64,000 bases of DNA, taken from positions 117,366,001-117,430,000 of the forward strand of contig OX597823.1 of assembly GCA_951406725.2 (NCBI GenBank), given 5' to 3'. The stretch comes from Octopus vulgaris (taxonomy: Eukaryota). Below the pieces are notes generated by a model, which saw nothing but the letters and a program-made list of their open reading frames with translations, had not been told where the DNA came from and did no database searches. Both the position numbers and the translations under genes were made by a program. Of the stretch, positions 38,891 through 51,561 are shown one piece after another. The number at the start of each line of letters is the position of its first letter. The stretch's first letter is position 1.

Positions 38891-39034
38891 CTCTATGTCT
38901 AGTTAATTACTTAAAAATAACTGCTAGATTTTGTTTGTGAAATAAAATATAATTTTCTAAGCTAAATAGCAATACAGATGCCTTTCTGCATGTGTGCATG
39001 CTAATACAGATACCTGTGAGAAGGCATTAGATAT

Positions 39035-39346
39035 GTAAAAGGGCACCATTTGAGCGTGATCGTTACCAACATCGCCTTACTGGCACCTGTGCCACTGGCA
39101 TGTGTAAAAAGATTCGAGCGAGGTCGTTGCCAGTACCACCTGCCTGGCCCCCGTGCCGGTGGCATGTATAAAGCACCCACTACATTCTCGGAGTGGTTGG
39201 CGTTAGGAAGGGCATCGAGCTGTAGAAACTCTGCCAAATCAAGATTGGAGCCTGGTGCAGCCATCTGGTTCGCCAGTCCCCAGTCAAAATCATCCAACCC
39301 ATGCTAGCATGGAAAGCGGACATTAAACGATGATGATGATGATGAT
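39035..39346 (+). mobile_element. RTE 3' UTR fragment
   Basis: Reverse complement of 33990-34345, with (GAT)n tail. Confidence 0.85.
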
Positions 39347-39651
39347 ATATTTAGAGTTACACCTAGCTCACATTCATTGTAAGAAATAACATTGGTTGTC
39401 TACCAGTCAAATGAAGCAAGTTTCTCTCCCTTGTTTTAGGTAAGATATTTTTTTCTGTTGACCTCCTATGACATTAAGAATACCCAATATTAAACCCACA
39501 TTGAAAAGGGTGGTGAATAAAGTTTTTGTGACGTTTATGCTTTTCTTAAGTGCATTCATGATACAACTGAAGCAAATTATCTTCAAACAGTGAACAAAAC
39601 CAAATGTATCGAAACATATACACACAACAGACACATGTATGTGTGTGTGTG

Positions 39652-39699
<48 letters not shown>

Positions 39700-40068
39700 A
39701 TACTTTTAAAGTGACTAAAGAAAACCTTAATCCACATATCAGATCATTCCCCACTACATAGACATACAGGCACCTGCCTGCACACAGGGGCACATGTCTA
39801 CATAGAGTCACATGTAGACGAGGGTGCGCGAGAAACATGCCTATGCATTGGCACATGCCAAGCTTTCTGCTTACGCTCATACACACATTGGTTTAACACA
39901 TTTTGCACACAATGCACAGTTACTCACACATTAGAGCATGTCAAACATAACTTACACTCACTCCGAAGATCTAAACTCATTCATAAACACACGTTCATAC
40001 AGGCATGCATACACACACATACATATATGCACAGATACACAACAACATACATGCATTCATATACAAGT

Positions 40069-40121
<53 letters not shown>

Positions 40122-41207
40122 TACACGCTCAATGCATGCACATACACAAGGACACACATGCAACATTAAGGCTAATCATTGGGTTTTAATCAAAATTAAT
40201 ATTTCCAATTGATAAAAATTAATTTTGCCAGAGATGTAAAGATCTTAAGCAACTCTACTGTTTGCTGTTTTCAAAAGAAAGGAATTTAATTTTTCAAACC
40301 GTTAATTGAAAGAAGGATGTGGAACAAAAACTAAACATACAAGAATAAGAAAGCGGTGAAATTCACCAAATTAGACAGCACAATTAGTGTGGTTGCTATC
40401 AGAAGAGCTTTACATAAAGGTGATTAACTTAATCGTTATTTCAGCAAGATGATCAAAAGTTAACCTTTGTGTGAAATTTACAGCTGTACCTGAAGGTGCC
40501 TAATATGTCTAGCACACAACGACCTTCCTTGTTAATATCTTGTAATTATCTAACAAGATAAAGGGAAAAGATAGCAAACAAAGAGAGAGATAAAATGGAA
40601 TCATGAAAGGAAATGGAAGTATGTGTTAACTCCTTTAAAATGGTTGGTTCTCATTTGTTTTGAAGAATTGGTTTTCTGATGTCTATACTTTACTGGCATT
40701 TTTTGTTCTTTTTTCTTTCTTTCATTTCTGAGAAATAATTTGAAAATGCCAAGTCGTTTGTAATGACTCTCTATCTCAATATCATATTTCCATAATTTAT
40801 GGTTCCTATCATAACTTTTAACTAAATTCTGGAATTAGATCTCATTGACTTGACAGCCTTGCTTAGTCACTAATTCTGGTCATTTTGTATTCTGTATGAG
40901 TTTTGGGCATAACTTTTGATATAAAATAAGAAATTTTTTGTGCTACGCGTAAATCGATTAAAAGTGTGTTGCATTTTCTTGTAATTAATTTAAATATATG
41001 TTTTATGTCTTAACGCAATGTAGAAACCCATTGAACTTATTCTTTACAACATCTTTTATTCCTTGCTTTAAGTCTCAGAAATTATGGTGCTCCAGCATGG
41101 CCACTATCTACTGGCTGGAACCAGCAAAACAGATGTTTATATTTATTCTATCAAAATATGATGTTTGAAAACCCATATCCATAAATAATATTACCTTTTG
41201 ATGTTTA

Positions 41208-42115
41208 AAGTGGTGAACTGGCACAATCGTCAGGATGCCAGGCAAAATGCTTAGTGGCGTTTCAGCCATCTTTACATTCATCACCATCATCATCGTTTAA
41301 TGTCCGCTTTCCATGCTAGCATGGGTTGGACGGTTCGACTGGGGTCTGGCAAACCAGATGGCTGCACCAGGATCCAATCTGATCTGGCAGAGTTTCTACA
41401 GCTGGATGCCCTTCCTAATGCCGAGAATGTAGTGGGTGCCTTTATGTGCCACCGGCACGAGGGCCAGTCAGGTGGTACTGGCAACGGCCATGCTCAAATG
41501 GTGTTTATGTGCCACCTGCACAGGAGCCAGTCCAGTGGCACTGGCAATGACCTCACTTGAATGTTTTTTCACATGCCACCAGCACAAGTGCCAGTAAGGT
41601 GACGCTGGTGACAGTCATGCTCAAATGGTGCTTTTTACATGTCACTGGCATGGACGCCAGTCAGCTACTCTGGCAACAATCACACTTGGATGGTACTCTT
41701 AGTGCTCCACTGGCACGGGTGCCAGTTATTGAATTTAATTCGATTTCAATTTCACTTGCCTCAGCAGGTCTTCACAAGCACAGTTTAGTGTCCAATGAAG
41801 GAAAGGTATGCATAAGTGGGCTGGTTACACCCCTGGCATAGGCCACGGGTTGTGGTCTCACTTGGCTTGCTGGGTCTTCTCATGCACTGCATATTTCCAA
41901 AGGTCTCAGTCACTAGTCATTGCCTCAGTGAAGCCTAATGTTCGAAGGTCGTGCTTCACCACCCTATCCCAGGTCTTCAAATTCTGCCAAGGTCGACTTT
42001 GTCTTTCATCTTTTGGGTTCAATAAAATAAGTACCATTTGAGCACTGGGGTCGATCTAATCAGCCTATCCCTCCCACGATATTTCTATACATGTGCCAAA
42101 GCCTGAAAGCAATAT
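41208..42115. mobile_element. Family B SINE (+; 41208-41279 and 41975-42115) split by an RTE 3' fragment (-; 41280-41975)
   Basis: The SINE head stops at ...TTTACATTC and resumes at TTCAAATTCTGCC. The RTE ORF end and UTR lie in between. Confidence 0.8.
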
Positions 42116-42436
42116 TACTTTGATGTTTAATCTCCCCAGTTTGGATTCCTGGTGGGGTTTATGCTACTGAGACATTTCAAGACAGTAATTCTTCCTGGGG
42201 CAGCTAGATGCATGAGGTATAAATACGTGATGTTTCCTTCTTTTTATACACATATTTGTGGGATTTAAATAATTGAACACCTTCCCTGCCACACAGTTAA
42301 TTATCTCTGCTATAAAGTAAACTGTGCCATATTTTATGGAATTTCATTTTATAGAAATACTTTCTAATAAGACTTAACAAGCTAAAAAAAGTTACACACT
42401 AATCATTGTTTCATTGGATAAAACTTGTTGATAGCA

Positions 42437-42466
42437 CTAACCCTAACCCTAACCCTAACCCTAACC
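42437..42466. repeat. Short interstitial (CCCTAA)n tract
   Basis: ctaacc x5. Confidence 0.85.
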
Positions 42467-42537
42467 AAATAAAATCACAAAAATACTCAGACATTTCTTG
42501 CTGAGCACATCTATTATTGCTACTGAAGAATCTTGTG

Positions 42538-42725
42538 GGTGTGCTTACCAACCACATGGTTCCGGGTTCAGTCCCACTGCATGGCACCTTGGGCAAGTGT
42601 CTTCTATTATAGCCTTGGACCAACCAAGGCTTTGTGAGTGGATTTGGTAGATGGAAACTGAAAGAAGCCTGTCGTATATATGTGTGTGTATGTATATATA
42701 TATATATATGACAGACTTCTTTCAG

Positions 42726-42791
<66 letters not shown>

Positions 42792-43020
42792 ATTTATATA
42801 TATGTGTGTATGTATGTGTGTTTGTGCGTCTGTGTTTGTCCCCCCAACATCGCTTGAAACCAATGGAGGTGTGTTTACGTCCCTGTAACTTAGAGGTTCA
42901 GCAAAAAAGGCTGATTGAATAAGTACTAGGCTTATAAAGAATAAACCCTGGGGTCGATTCACTCAACTAAAATCGGTGCTCCAGCATGGGTGCAGTCAAA
43001 CAACTGAAACAAATAAAAGG
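42538..43020 (+). mobile_element. SINE family A
   Basis: Pattern match. The internal region has a small inverted piece (gacagacttctttcagtt). Confidence 0.85.
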
Positions 43021-43198
43021 AAAAAGAATCTGGAAAACTTATAGCAGCACTTTTGAAGTGAACAAAATGTAGTGGGAGGTCACTGTTAGCCTAATGTAGT
43101 GGCGGTTATTAGTTTTATATATATTAGTGGTCATTCAACTAAAACAAAGATCAAAACATCAGCCTAAGTTCTGGAAACCGTAATGTTTTCTAAATAGT

Positions 43199-43405
43199 AA
43201 GGTGGGTGAGCTGGCAGAATCAGTAGCACACTGGGAAAAATTTTGTCCATCCTTACATTCTGAGTTCAAATTTCACCAACGCTGACTTTGCCTTTCATCC
43301 TTTTGGGGTCGATAAAATAAGTACCAGTTGAGCACTGGGGTCAATATAATCATCTTAACCCCTCTCTCAAAATTTCTAGCCATGTGACAAAATTTGAAAT
43401 CAATA
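43199..43405 (+). mobile_element. SINE family B
   Basis: AAGGTGGGTGAGCTGGCAGAAT head, GCCTTTCATCCTTTTGGGGTCGATAAAATAAGTACCAG core. Confidence 0.8.
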
Positions 43406-43431
43406 TTTCTAAATAGTGTAGAACATTTAAA

Positions 43432-43823
43432 TCTCTCTCTATATAAAGCTGAAGTTGTCTGGGTATGGCAAGTTTGGTAGCCTTCAACTAACACTATCTC
43501 CTCCGAGACCCTGCAGCGCAAGTTGACCAAAATTGAGAGTATGATAGAAGAAGGCTTGCTCTTCCTTCTGTAGAAGATAAAATTTAAATCAGACCATGTT
43601 AACACCAAAAATTATTTACATCAAAAAGGTGCTTTTTTTCTATGAAAATCCCTATATTTTATGATTTTTTGACTGCTGTGTTGCCATTTTTCGGTGTATT
43701 TCAACCAGAAAAATGTTCACTTAAAGAGAATAACAAGCTACATAATGCAAAACTTTTACTTTTCAAAAATTCCAATTCTAAAGGGTCAAAACAAACCCGA
43801 GCAACGCAGGGCAATACTGCTAG
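43432..43823 (+). mobile_element. Non-autonomous Helitron
   Basis: Starts A|TCTCTCTCTATATAAAG and ends with a CCCGAGCAACGCAGGG hairpin, spacer and CTAG|T. No TSD. Confidence 0.75.
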
Positions 43824-44111
43824 TCATTGTTAAATTAAAATTCTATCAGATATTATTGATAACAATGACATTTGCAACAACAATAGAGACCTATCCTTTA
43901 GCTCAATGGTTTATTTTCCTCCTGTAAAACAGATGAGATGTGTTCCAGGATATGATGTAAGCCTGTCACCAGTAATATTCCCCACATTGTTCTGAAATTT
44001 ACTTCCAACAGAGTGGCAATGTAGATTAATAAGTTCTGCATAGAAACTCATCAAAATGTTTACAATTGATTGGAACTCCTAATCTATAAGTAGGCTAATC
44101 CTTTCTATCAT

Positions 44112-45970
44112 ACCTATTTCTTTACTACCCGCAAGGGGCTAAACACAGAGAGGACAAACAAGGACAGACACACGGATTAAGTCGATTATATCAACCCCAG
44201 TGCATAACTGGTACTTATTTAAATGACCCCGAAAGGATGAAAGGCAAAGTCGACCTCAATGGAATTTGAACTCAGAACGTAGCGGCAGACGAAATACCTA
44301 TTTCTTTACTACCCACAAGGGGCTAAACACAGAGAGGACAAACAAGGACAGACACACGGATTAAGTTGATTATATCAACCCCAGTGCATAACTGGTACTT
44401 ATTTAAATGACCCCGAAAGGATGAAAGGCAAAGTCGACCTCAATGGAATTTGAACTCAGAACGTAGCGGCAGACGAAATACATATTTCTTTACTACCCAC
44501 AAGGGGCTAAACACAGAGAGGACAAACAAGGACAGACACACGGATTAAGTTGATTATATCAACCCCAGTGCATAACTGGTACTTATTTAAATGACCCCGA
44601 AAGTATGAAAGGCAAAGTCGACCTCAATGGAATTTGAACTCAGAACGTAGCGGCAGACGAAATACCTATTTCTTTACTACCCGCAAGGGGCTAAACACAG
44701 AGAGGACAAACAAGGACAGACACACGGATTAAGTTGATTATATCAACCCCAGTGCATAACTGGTACTTATTTAAATGACCCCGAAAGGATGAAAGGCAAA
44801 GTCGACCTCAATGGAATTTGAACTCAGAACGTAGCGGCAGACGAAATACCTATTTCTTTACTACCCACAAGGGGCTAAACACAGAGAGGACAAACAAGGA
44901 CAGACACACGGATTAAGTTGATTATATCAACCCCAGTGCATAACTGGTACTTATTTAAATGACCCCGAAAGGATGAAAGGCAAAGTCGACCTCAATGGAA
45001 TTTGAACTCAGAACGTAGCGGCAGACGAAATACCTATTTCTTTACTACCCACAAGGGGCTAAACACAGAGAGGACAAACAAGGACAGACACACGGATTAA
45101 GTTGATTATATCAACCCCAGTGCATAACTGGTACTTATTTAAATGACCCCGAAAGGATGAAAGGCAAAGTCGACCTCAATGGAATTTGAACTCAGAACGT
45201 AGCGGCAGACGAAATACATATTTCTTTACTACCCACAAGGGGCTAAACACAGAGAGGACAAACAAGGACAGACACACGGATTAAGTTGATTATATCAACC
45301 CCAGTGCATAACTGGTACTTATTTAAATGACCCCGAAAGTATGAAAGGCAAAGTCGACCTCAATGGAATTTGAACTCAGAACGTAGCGGCAGACGAAATA
45401 CCTATTTCTTTACTACCCGCAAGGGGCTAAACACAGAGAGGACAAACAAGGACAGACACACGGATTAAGTTGATTATATCAACCCCAGTGCATAACTGGT
45501 ACTTATTTAAATGACCCCGAAAGGATGAAAGGCAAAGTCGACCTCAATGGAATTTGAACTCAGAACGTAGCGGCAGACGAAATACCTATTTCTTTACTAC
45601 CCGCAAGGGGCTAAACACAGAGAGGACAAACAAGGACAGACACACGGATTAAGTTGATTATATCAACCCCAGTGCATAACTGGTACTTATTTAAATGACC
45701 CCGAAAGGATGAAAGGCAAAGTCGACCTCAATGGAATTTGAACTCAGAACGTAGCGGCAGACGAAATACCTATTTCTTTACTACCCGCAAGGGGCTAAAC
45801 ACAGAGAGGACAAACATGGACAGACAGACAGATTAAGTCGATTATATCGATCCTCAGTGCGTAACTGGCAAAGTCAACCTCAGCGGAATTTGAACTCAGA
45901 ATGTAGCGGCAGACGAAGTACCGCTAAGTATTTCGCCCGGTGTGCTAACATTTCTGCCAGCTCGCCACCT
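44112..45970 (-). repeat. Tandem array of ~10 x 184-bp family B SINE units between one 16-bp TSD
   Basis: Unit starts at 44111, 44295, 44479 ... 45767. The SINE head is present only at ~45920-45970. TSD taatcctttctatcat at 44096-44111 and 45971-45986. Confidence 0.95.
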
Positions 45971-46164
45971 TAATCCTTTCTATCATGCCTCTATAGTAAT
46001 GATATATGAATGGTAAATAAGTTGCCAAAGAGACTGACAGACATTACTTTATATATCTCCAAAGAACAACAGCCAACATGCTTGATTTTTGTATCAAAAT
46101 GGAATTATTTTTCTTTCAATTTTAAATCTAAAGATGCATGATTTTCATATTTAAGTAAATTACA

Positions 46165-46358
46165 TAATTTTGTTGTGTCTGGGAAGAGTCGTTTTCTCTT
46201 TGTGTCTTATAATATAATACACTCACCTGTAAAATTTCCACTTTTATCTTATTTATATTTTCCTAAAATTTTCGTTGCATCTTACAACCTTTTCAATAGT
46301 TTTGTTATATTATAAGGGACAAAAAGAAAATTACTCTCTGCAGACACAACAGAATATG
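46165..46358. mobile_element. MITE-like imperfect inverted repeat
   Basis: ttttgttgtgtctgggaagagtcgttttctctttgtgtcttataatataa vs ttatattataagggacaaaaagaaaattactctctgcagacacaacagaa. Confidence 0.6.
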
Positions 46359-47389
46359 CTTCAACACACAAACTCATATTAAGAATCTTGCAAACCTAAT
46401 CCAAAAACGAAATACATAATTTTCTTTTTAATTTATCCAAGGTAAACTATAGAGACTACTAAAAGATAAGGGGGTACCTCTTCCTCAGATTTTACAGATT
46501 GGTCAAGGAATGTTTCTCATGAAGAAGCTAGGAATCTTAGCTGGGTCGTGTAGATTTTGTTGTTAATTTAAAAGGCCTTAACATAGACCTCACTATTTTT
46601 TTACCTCTATCAACATAAATCCCAATAGTTGAGGACTCATTTAGATGTTCTAATTGTAATGATTTCACATTTTCTACTTTAATTATAATTTCACCTCATT
46701 TTCTCAGTAATAACAATGTTCATCAATGAAGTGAACTAATTAATTTATGTCAATTATTTCATGTTACTGTAATAAATTCAATTTCTAGAATGTTTTAAAT
46801 TGAAATTTATCAACTTTTGTGTCATTTGACCTATTTATTGACCTCGGGGGAGAAAATATTGTTTATCCCACCTTCTCTTTTAAAACTATAGTTGAAACTG
46901 AATGCCTAAGTTATAAAAACATTAAATTATGCTGAGGGAAGAGAGGTGTAAATAGAGCAAGAGAAGGTGGAGTGCCAGACCATGAGAGAGGTGGAGGAGA
47001 TCAAAACAGATCTATAGTAACAGAAGAGAAAAATGTAGAGTGAAAGACTATACAGAAAGAAGAAGTAAAGTGATAGATGATAGAGAGGGAGGGGATACAT
47101 TACCCTACTATACAGAAGGGAATGAGATAGAATACCAGTCTGTATAAAGAGAGGGGAAGATGGGGTAGTAGAGTAAACAGGAGAAAGGTGACAGTATACC
47201 AGACTATACAGGGGGGGAAGAGATACAGTACCAAACTATATAGAGAGGGGTATAGAAGTAGGGTAGAAGACTATATAAGCTGAGGAGTTAAGGCACAAGA
47301 CTATACTGGGAATAGGACACAGAGTAGCTCATTATACAGAAGAGAAGGAGGTAGGGTAGGAGGTTATACAGTGAGGAATAGGTAAAGTA

Positions 47390-47635
47390 GGAGGTGGCAT
47401 CAAAACGTTCCTGGATTAATTCTATAGTGCTCCAACAGATGGCAGCACATGATTGCACACACAGTGAGATTTCGTAGCATCTTCGTGAGACAGGATGCTG
47501 AGTGACATCACTGTGTTCACTTTGCAAGTTGTAAAATTTATGTTTTCTGTGATTTTTGTTATGGACAGGAAACTGGAACACAAAGCCATTGTGAAATTTT
47601 GCATTAAACTTGGGAAGTCTGCCACAAAGATATTC
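47390..47635 (+). mobile_element. mariner transposon 5' fragment (TIR + transposase N-terminus)
   Basis: gaggtggcatcaaaacgttcctgga TIR-like start. ATG at 47561 gives MDRKLEHKAIVKFCIKLGKSATKIF (mariner EQR..IKFC.KLGKSATET motif). Truncated by a family B SINE. Confidence 0.7.
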
Positions 47636-48254
47636 TTTTCTACTTTTCTGCTCTAGGCACAAGGCCTGAAATTTTGGGAGAGGAGGTACTTAATTTATCG
47701 ACCCTGAAAGGATGAAAGGCAAATAATGGGCAGTGAAGATGGATAGATAAATTGATGGATGGGTGGACAGAACATAATGGATTTAATCCAGGTGAAAATT
47801 AAAGGTAGTACATCATGGTGCTACTTGCATGGATCAGTGCTGTGTGAGTTAAGTATGCAGCACAGTGCCAATATAGAAGCTATACACCCTTCATTCAGAC
47901 GACTGCTGATATACATTCTTGGTAAACTGTGATGCTAAAACACACACACACACACATACACACATTGTATTACATAGATAGATAGATAGATAGATATATA
48001 GATAACGTATTGAATCTTACGCAATAAAAAATTGAAAACTTTTCAATATCAAATAGAAAGTAAAATTAAGATTGTCATTTCTATGGTGAGAAATATCTGA
48101 GAGTATTTGTGTAGAATGTCTTAAATATGTGTATATGTATATATATATATGTGTGTGTCTGTGTGTGTGTGTGTGTGTGTATTTATGGTTGTGTAAATAT
48201 ATGTGTGTATTTGTAAAATGTGTCAACTCTAGTGTTAATATATCTTTGATGTTT

Positions 48255-48565
48255 TTATGCATGTATATATGTGCATATGTGTGCGTTTTTATGCATGTAT
48301 GTGCATATGTGTGCGTTTACATGTATATATGTGCATATGTGTGCGTTTACATGTATGTATGTGCATATGTGTGCGTTTACATGTATATATGTGCATATGT
48401 GTGCGTTTACATGTATGTATGTGCATATGTGTGCGTTTACATGCATGTATGTGCATATGTGTGCGTTTACATGTATGTATGTGCATATGTGTGCGTTTAC
48501 ATGCATGTATGTGCATATGTGTGCATTTACATGTATATATGTGCATATGTGTGCGTTTACATGCA
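48255..48565. repeat. 30-bp minisatellite, about 10 copies
   Basis: Unit atgtatatatgtgcatatgtgtgcgtttac. Confidence 0.92.
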
Positions 48566-49813
48566 CACATAAACACAAAAACTGACATATATACACACAT
48601 ATTTGATTGTCTCCAGTGATAAAATTATAAAGGTGAATATTTCTGTTAAAAATCCCAGAACAATGGAACTGAAATATTGGTAGTTTTAAGGAATCTTCTG
48701 GAAAAAAATAACTAAAACAAAAAATATAAACAATTGTAAAAGCAATATAAAAAAACAATATAAAGCATAAATCTACAAAAAAAAACTATTACAAATATAT
48801 ATATGTAAATAAAAAAATATTTTCTCCTGAAAAACAAACAACACCTGCAAAACAATAAAAAAAAAAGCATTTCTAAAGCTGAAGTAATTGAAAGGAAAAT
48901 GAACTTTTAAATGATTTTTGCTATTAGAAATTATATTTGTATATCAGTCCATATTGTTAATTATGTCCTTGTTAAAGTATATTTAGAATTTTGTTTTTAA
49001 TCAAATTGTTAGAATTATGAGGAAGAAATTCAAAATTCTCAGAATAAGTTTGCAAAAAGAGAGTATGACTGGAATTTCTTTGAGAATTCTTCCATCGATT
49101 CTACCTTTAATTTTATCATTATCAAGAGCAGTGGCATCAAAAGAAATATTTAATTTCAAATTAGACTTCTGGGATATTTTCCCTGTGATATTTATATTTC
49201 CACGTAACAATTGGTGATTGGTATTCATCGCTGATACCATTCCACAGAAACATAGGGGACACATGCCCATAGTCATTACACCCTGTCAAATACACACAGT
49301 CATACAGTTGTCCACATACATGCACACACATTCACATGCAATCAATGAAATACACACAGTTGCTATCATGACTCCACACATACACTTGTGTAGTTACACA
49401 CACACACACACACACACACTGATCAATCCATTACTCATTTGAAATCTAGCATTTAGTACTTGGGTAGCAAAGGTAGGTTTATGGTCTGAAGATAAATTCC
49501 TGCTATTTTGGAAACTCTCTAGAAAAGTGTCATGGCTACTATCCTTTCTGTTGTAAATTCTTTTCTTTTTTTTTGTCCTTACTATCATAACCAAAACCAA
49601 GCTGCAGCAGCACCTTCACTAAGTCATAGCAAAACATTTGATAAATCAAGTGAATAATGTCGACAGGTTGAACAAATTCTATCCCTTGTTCTTTGTCAAG
49701 GATTCCATCCAACTGATGTTATCTCACCCTAAAACATGTTATATGGGGTTAGAATCTCTCTTCCTTCTGTTAACTTACACTTGTATGAAGAAATTCTCTT
49801 TCTTTCTCTCTCC

Positions 49814-49845
<32 letters not shown>

Positions 49846-50046
49846 GTCTATATCAAATAATGTTTATCTACATGCCAACACTATAACAATATTATCACCA
49901 TATGTCAACACCCTGTGATGGCCCTCCTGTAAATCATGATACTTTAGCAGGAAACCTCTCCTATATCCAATGTCACACTGAAGCATGTAGCCCCACTATG
50001 CTATGATGACATATTGCTATACTCTTTAACAAGATAGTGATATATT

Positions 50047-50444
50047 CTTTTCTGTTCTAGGCACAAGGCCCGAAATTTTGGGGGAGGGGACCAGTCGATT
50101 AGATCGACCCCAGTACGCTACTGGTACTTTATTTATCAACCCTGAAAGGATGAAAGGCAAAGTCGACCTCAGCAGACTTTGAACTCAGAACACAAAAAGA
50201 GATGAAATACCTATTTCTTTAAAGCCCACAAGGGGCTAAACACAGAGGGGACAAACAAGGACTGACAAATGGATTAAGTCGATTACATCGACCCCAGTGC
50301 GCAACTGGTACTTATTCAATCGATCCCGAAAGGACGAAAGACAAAGTCAACCTCGGCGGAATTTGAACTCAGAACGTAGCGGCAAACAAAATACCGCTAA
50401 GCATTTTGCCCGGTGTGCTAACGTTTCTGCCAGCTTGCTACCTT
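50047..50444 (-). mobile_element. Dimeric family B SINE with TSD
   Basis: Two cores joined at GAAATACCTATTTCTTT (~50204). TSD aagatagtga(t/c)atatt at 50031-50046 and 50445-50460. Confidence 0.9.
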
Positions 50445-50766
50445 AAGATAGTGACATATTGCATCCTCTCTGATACAAGAACTATGTCTTGCATAAATGC
50501 AAAGTGATGTTAAACCTCCACAACAACAGTTCTATGTAACATGACACTTTGGTATGGTAATACTTTTGTATATCATAGCAAGCATAATTGGTGAGACATT
50601 CCATCAAAATTTCTACCCTGTACAAATATAACAAATATTTTGTTCTTTTGAATTTTAAAATATCATGTACAGTATGTTCATAAAATTAATAGGAATCAGT
50701 TGCCCAGCAGATGAGGACACAGTCAGTGTGATGGTATATCTTCATGAATAACTGACGAATACCACT

Positions 50767-51060
50767 ATGACCGATATCCAAACTACAGTGGAGAAGGCTA
50801 GCCACTGGATTTGGTTAAAAATAGACGATAAGTGATGGCTAGAAGAATATTGAGCTTTATTTGATAACCAGCGGATCTAGCAAGCGGGGCCTCATATCAG
50901 TGATGGGGGGCTGGTGCACATTGATGCCGTCGAGAGGTAGGCCCCGAAATGGCGTGCATTCTCTCCTGATGACCCCATACGCTTGCTGGCTTCCGGTATG
51001 CAAAGCTTTTGACTGGTAGCACTTGCATGTGCAAGTTGTTTGCAAGACATCTATTTATAC
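50767..51060 (+). mobile_element. 3' end of a HERO-like (RLE) non-LTR retrotransposon with structured 3' UTR
   Basis: MTDIQTTVEKASHWIWLKIDDK*W resembles the HERO C-terminal AE.AS.W.W.KR...W motif. A GC-rich stem-loop UTR follows. Confidence 0.6.
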
Positions 51061-51298
51061 CAATGATTATTGGTTCATTTGGTTATGTTAGTAAATGTTT
51101 CAATGACAGTCTGGAGAATCTAGAATTTTCAGGCAGAGGAAGAGACTGGTTAACACACATTTGTAACTAGAACAGTAAAAAACATGCAAATTGTTTTTTA
51201 ATTCAACATGACACATTGTTATACTAATTTCGGTAATGGAGTTTTGTTTCTTGGTCAGAAACTAATTCCCACCTTGTAGACAAAAATTCAAATAATTA

Positions 51299-51334
<36 letters not shown>

Positions 51335-51338
51335 TTAA

Positions 51339-51561
51339 CCTTTTCATTACTGTACTTATTTTGAGATGCTCTGTGTTTCTTTCAATTACTTTAAATATAA
51401 CAAAGAATTTAGTAAAATAACTTAGTTATCATTAAGCTAGTGTTAGGAGCATAAATTGTGACTAAGGTTTGGTGGAAGGTTTTAATTCAAAACTTATGAA
51501 AACAAGAAATTTGTATTCAGAGCCAGAAATTTGTATTTCAGCCTGGTTGTTAATGAAAGGG
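51339..51561. mobile_element. piggyBac-type MITE
   Basis: TTAA on both sides. TIR ccttttcatta / taatgaaaggg, related to the TIR at 26785. Confidence 0.8.

Noticed and set aside
44111-45970. Regular array as a CRISPR locus
   Set aside because: Whole 184-bp units repeat with no unique spacers, the unit is a SINE body, and the DNA is eukaryotic.
49001-49276. Overlapping ORFs on both strands; also a ~100-codon open frame at 51721-52023
   Set aside because: No homology recognisable by eye and no convincing paired splice sites.
50833-50835. In-frame TGA plus downstream stem-loop as selenocysteine/SECIS
   Set aside because: The hairpin lacks the apical AA motif, and the TGA is more simply a decay mutation in a dead element.
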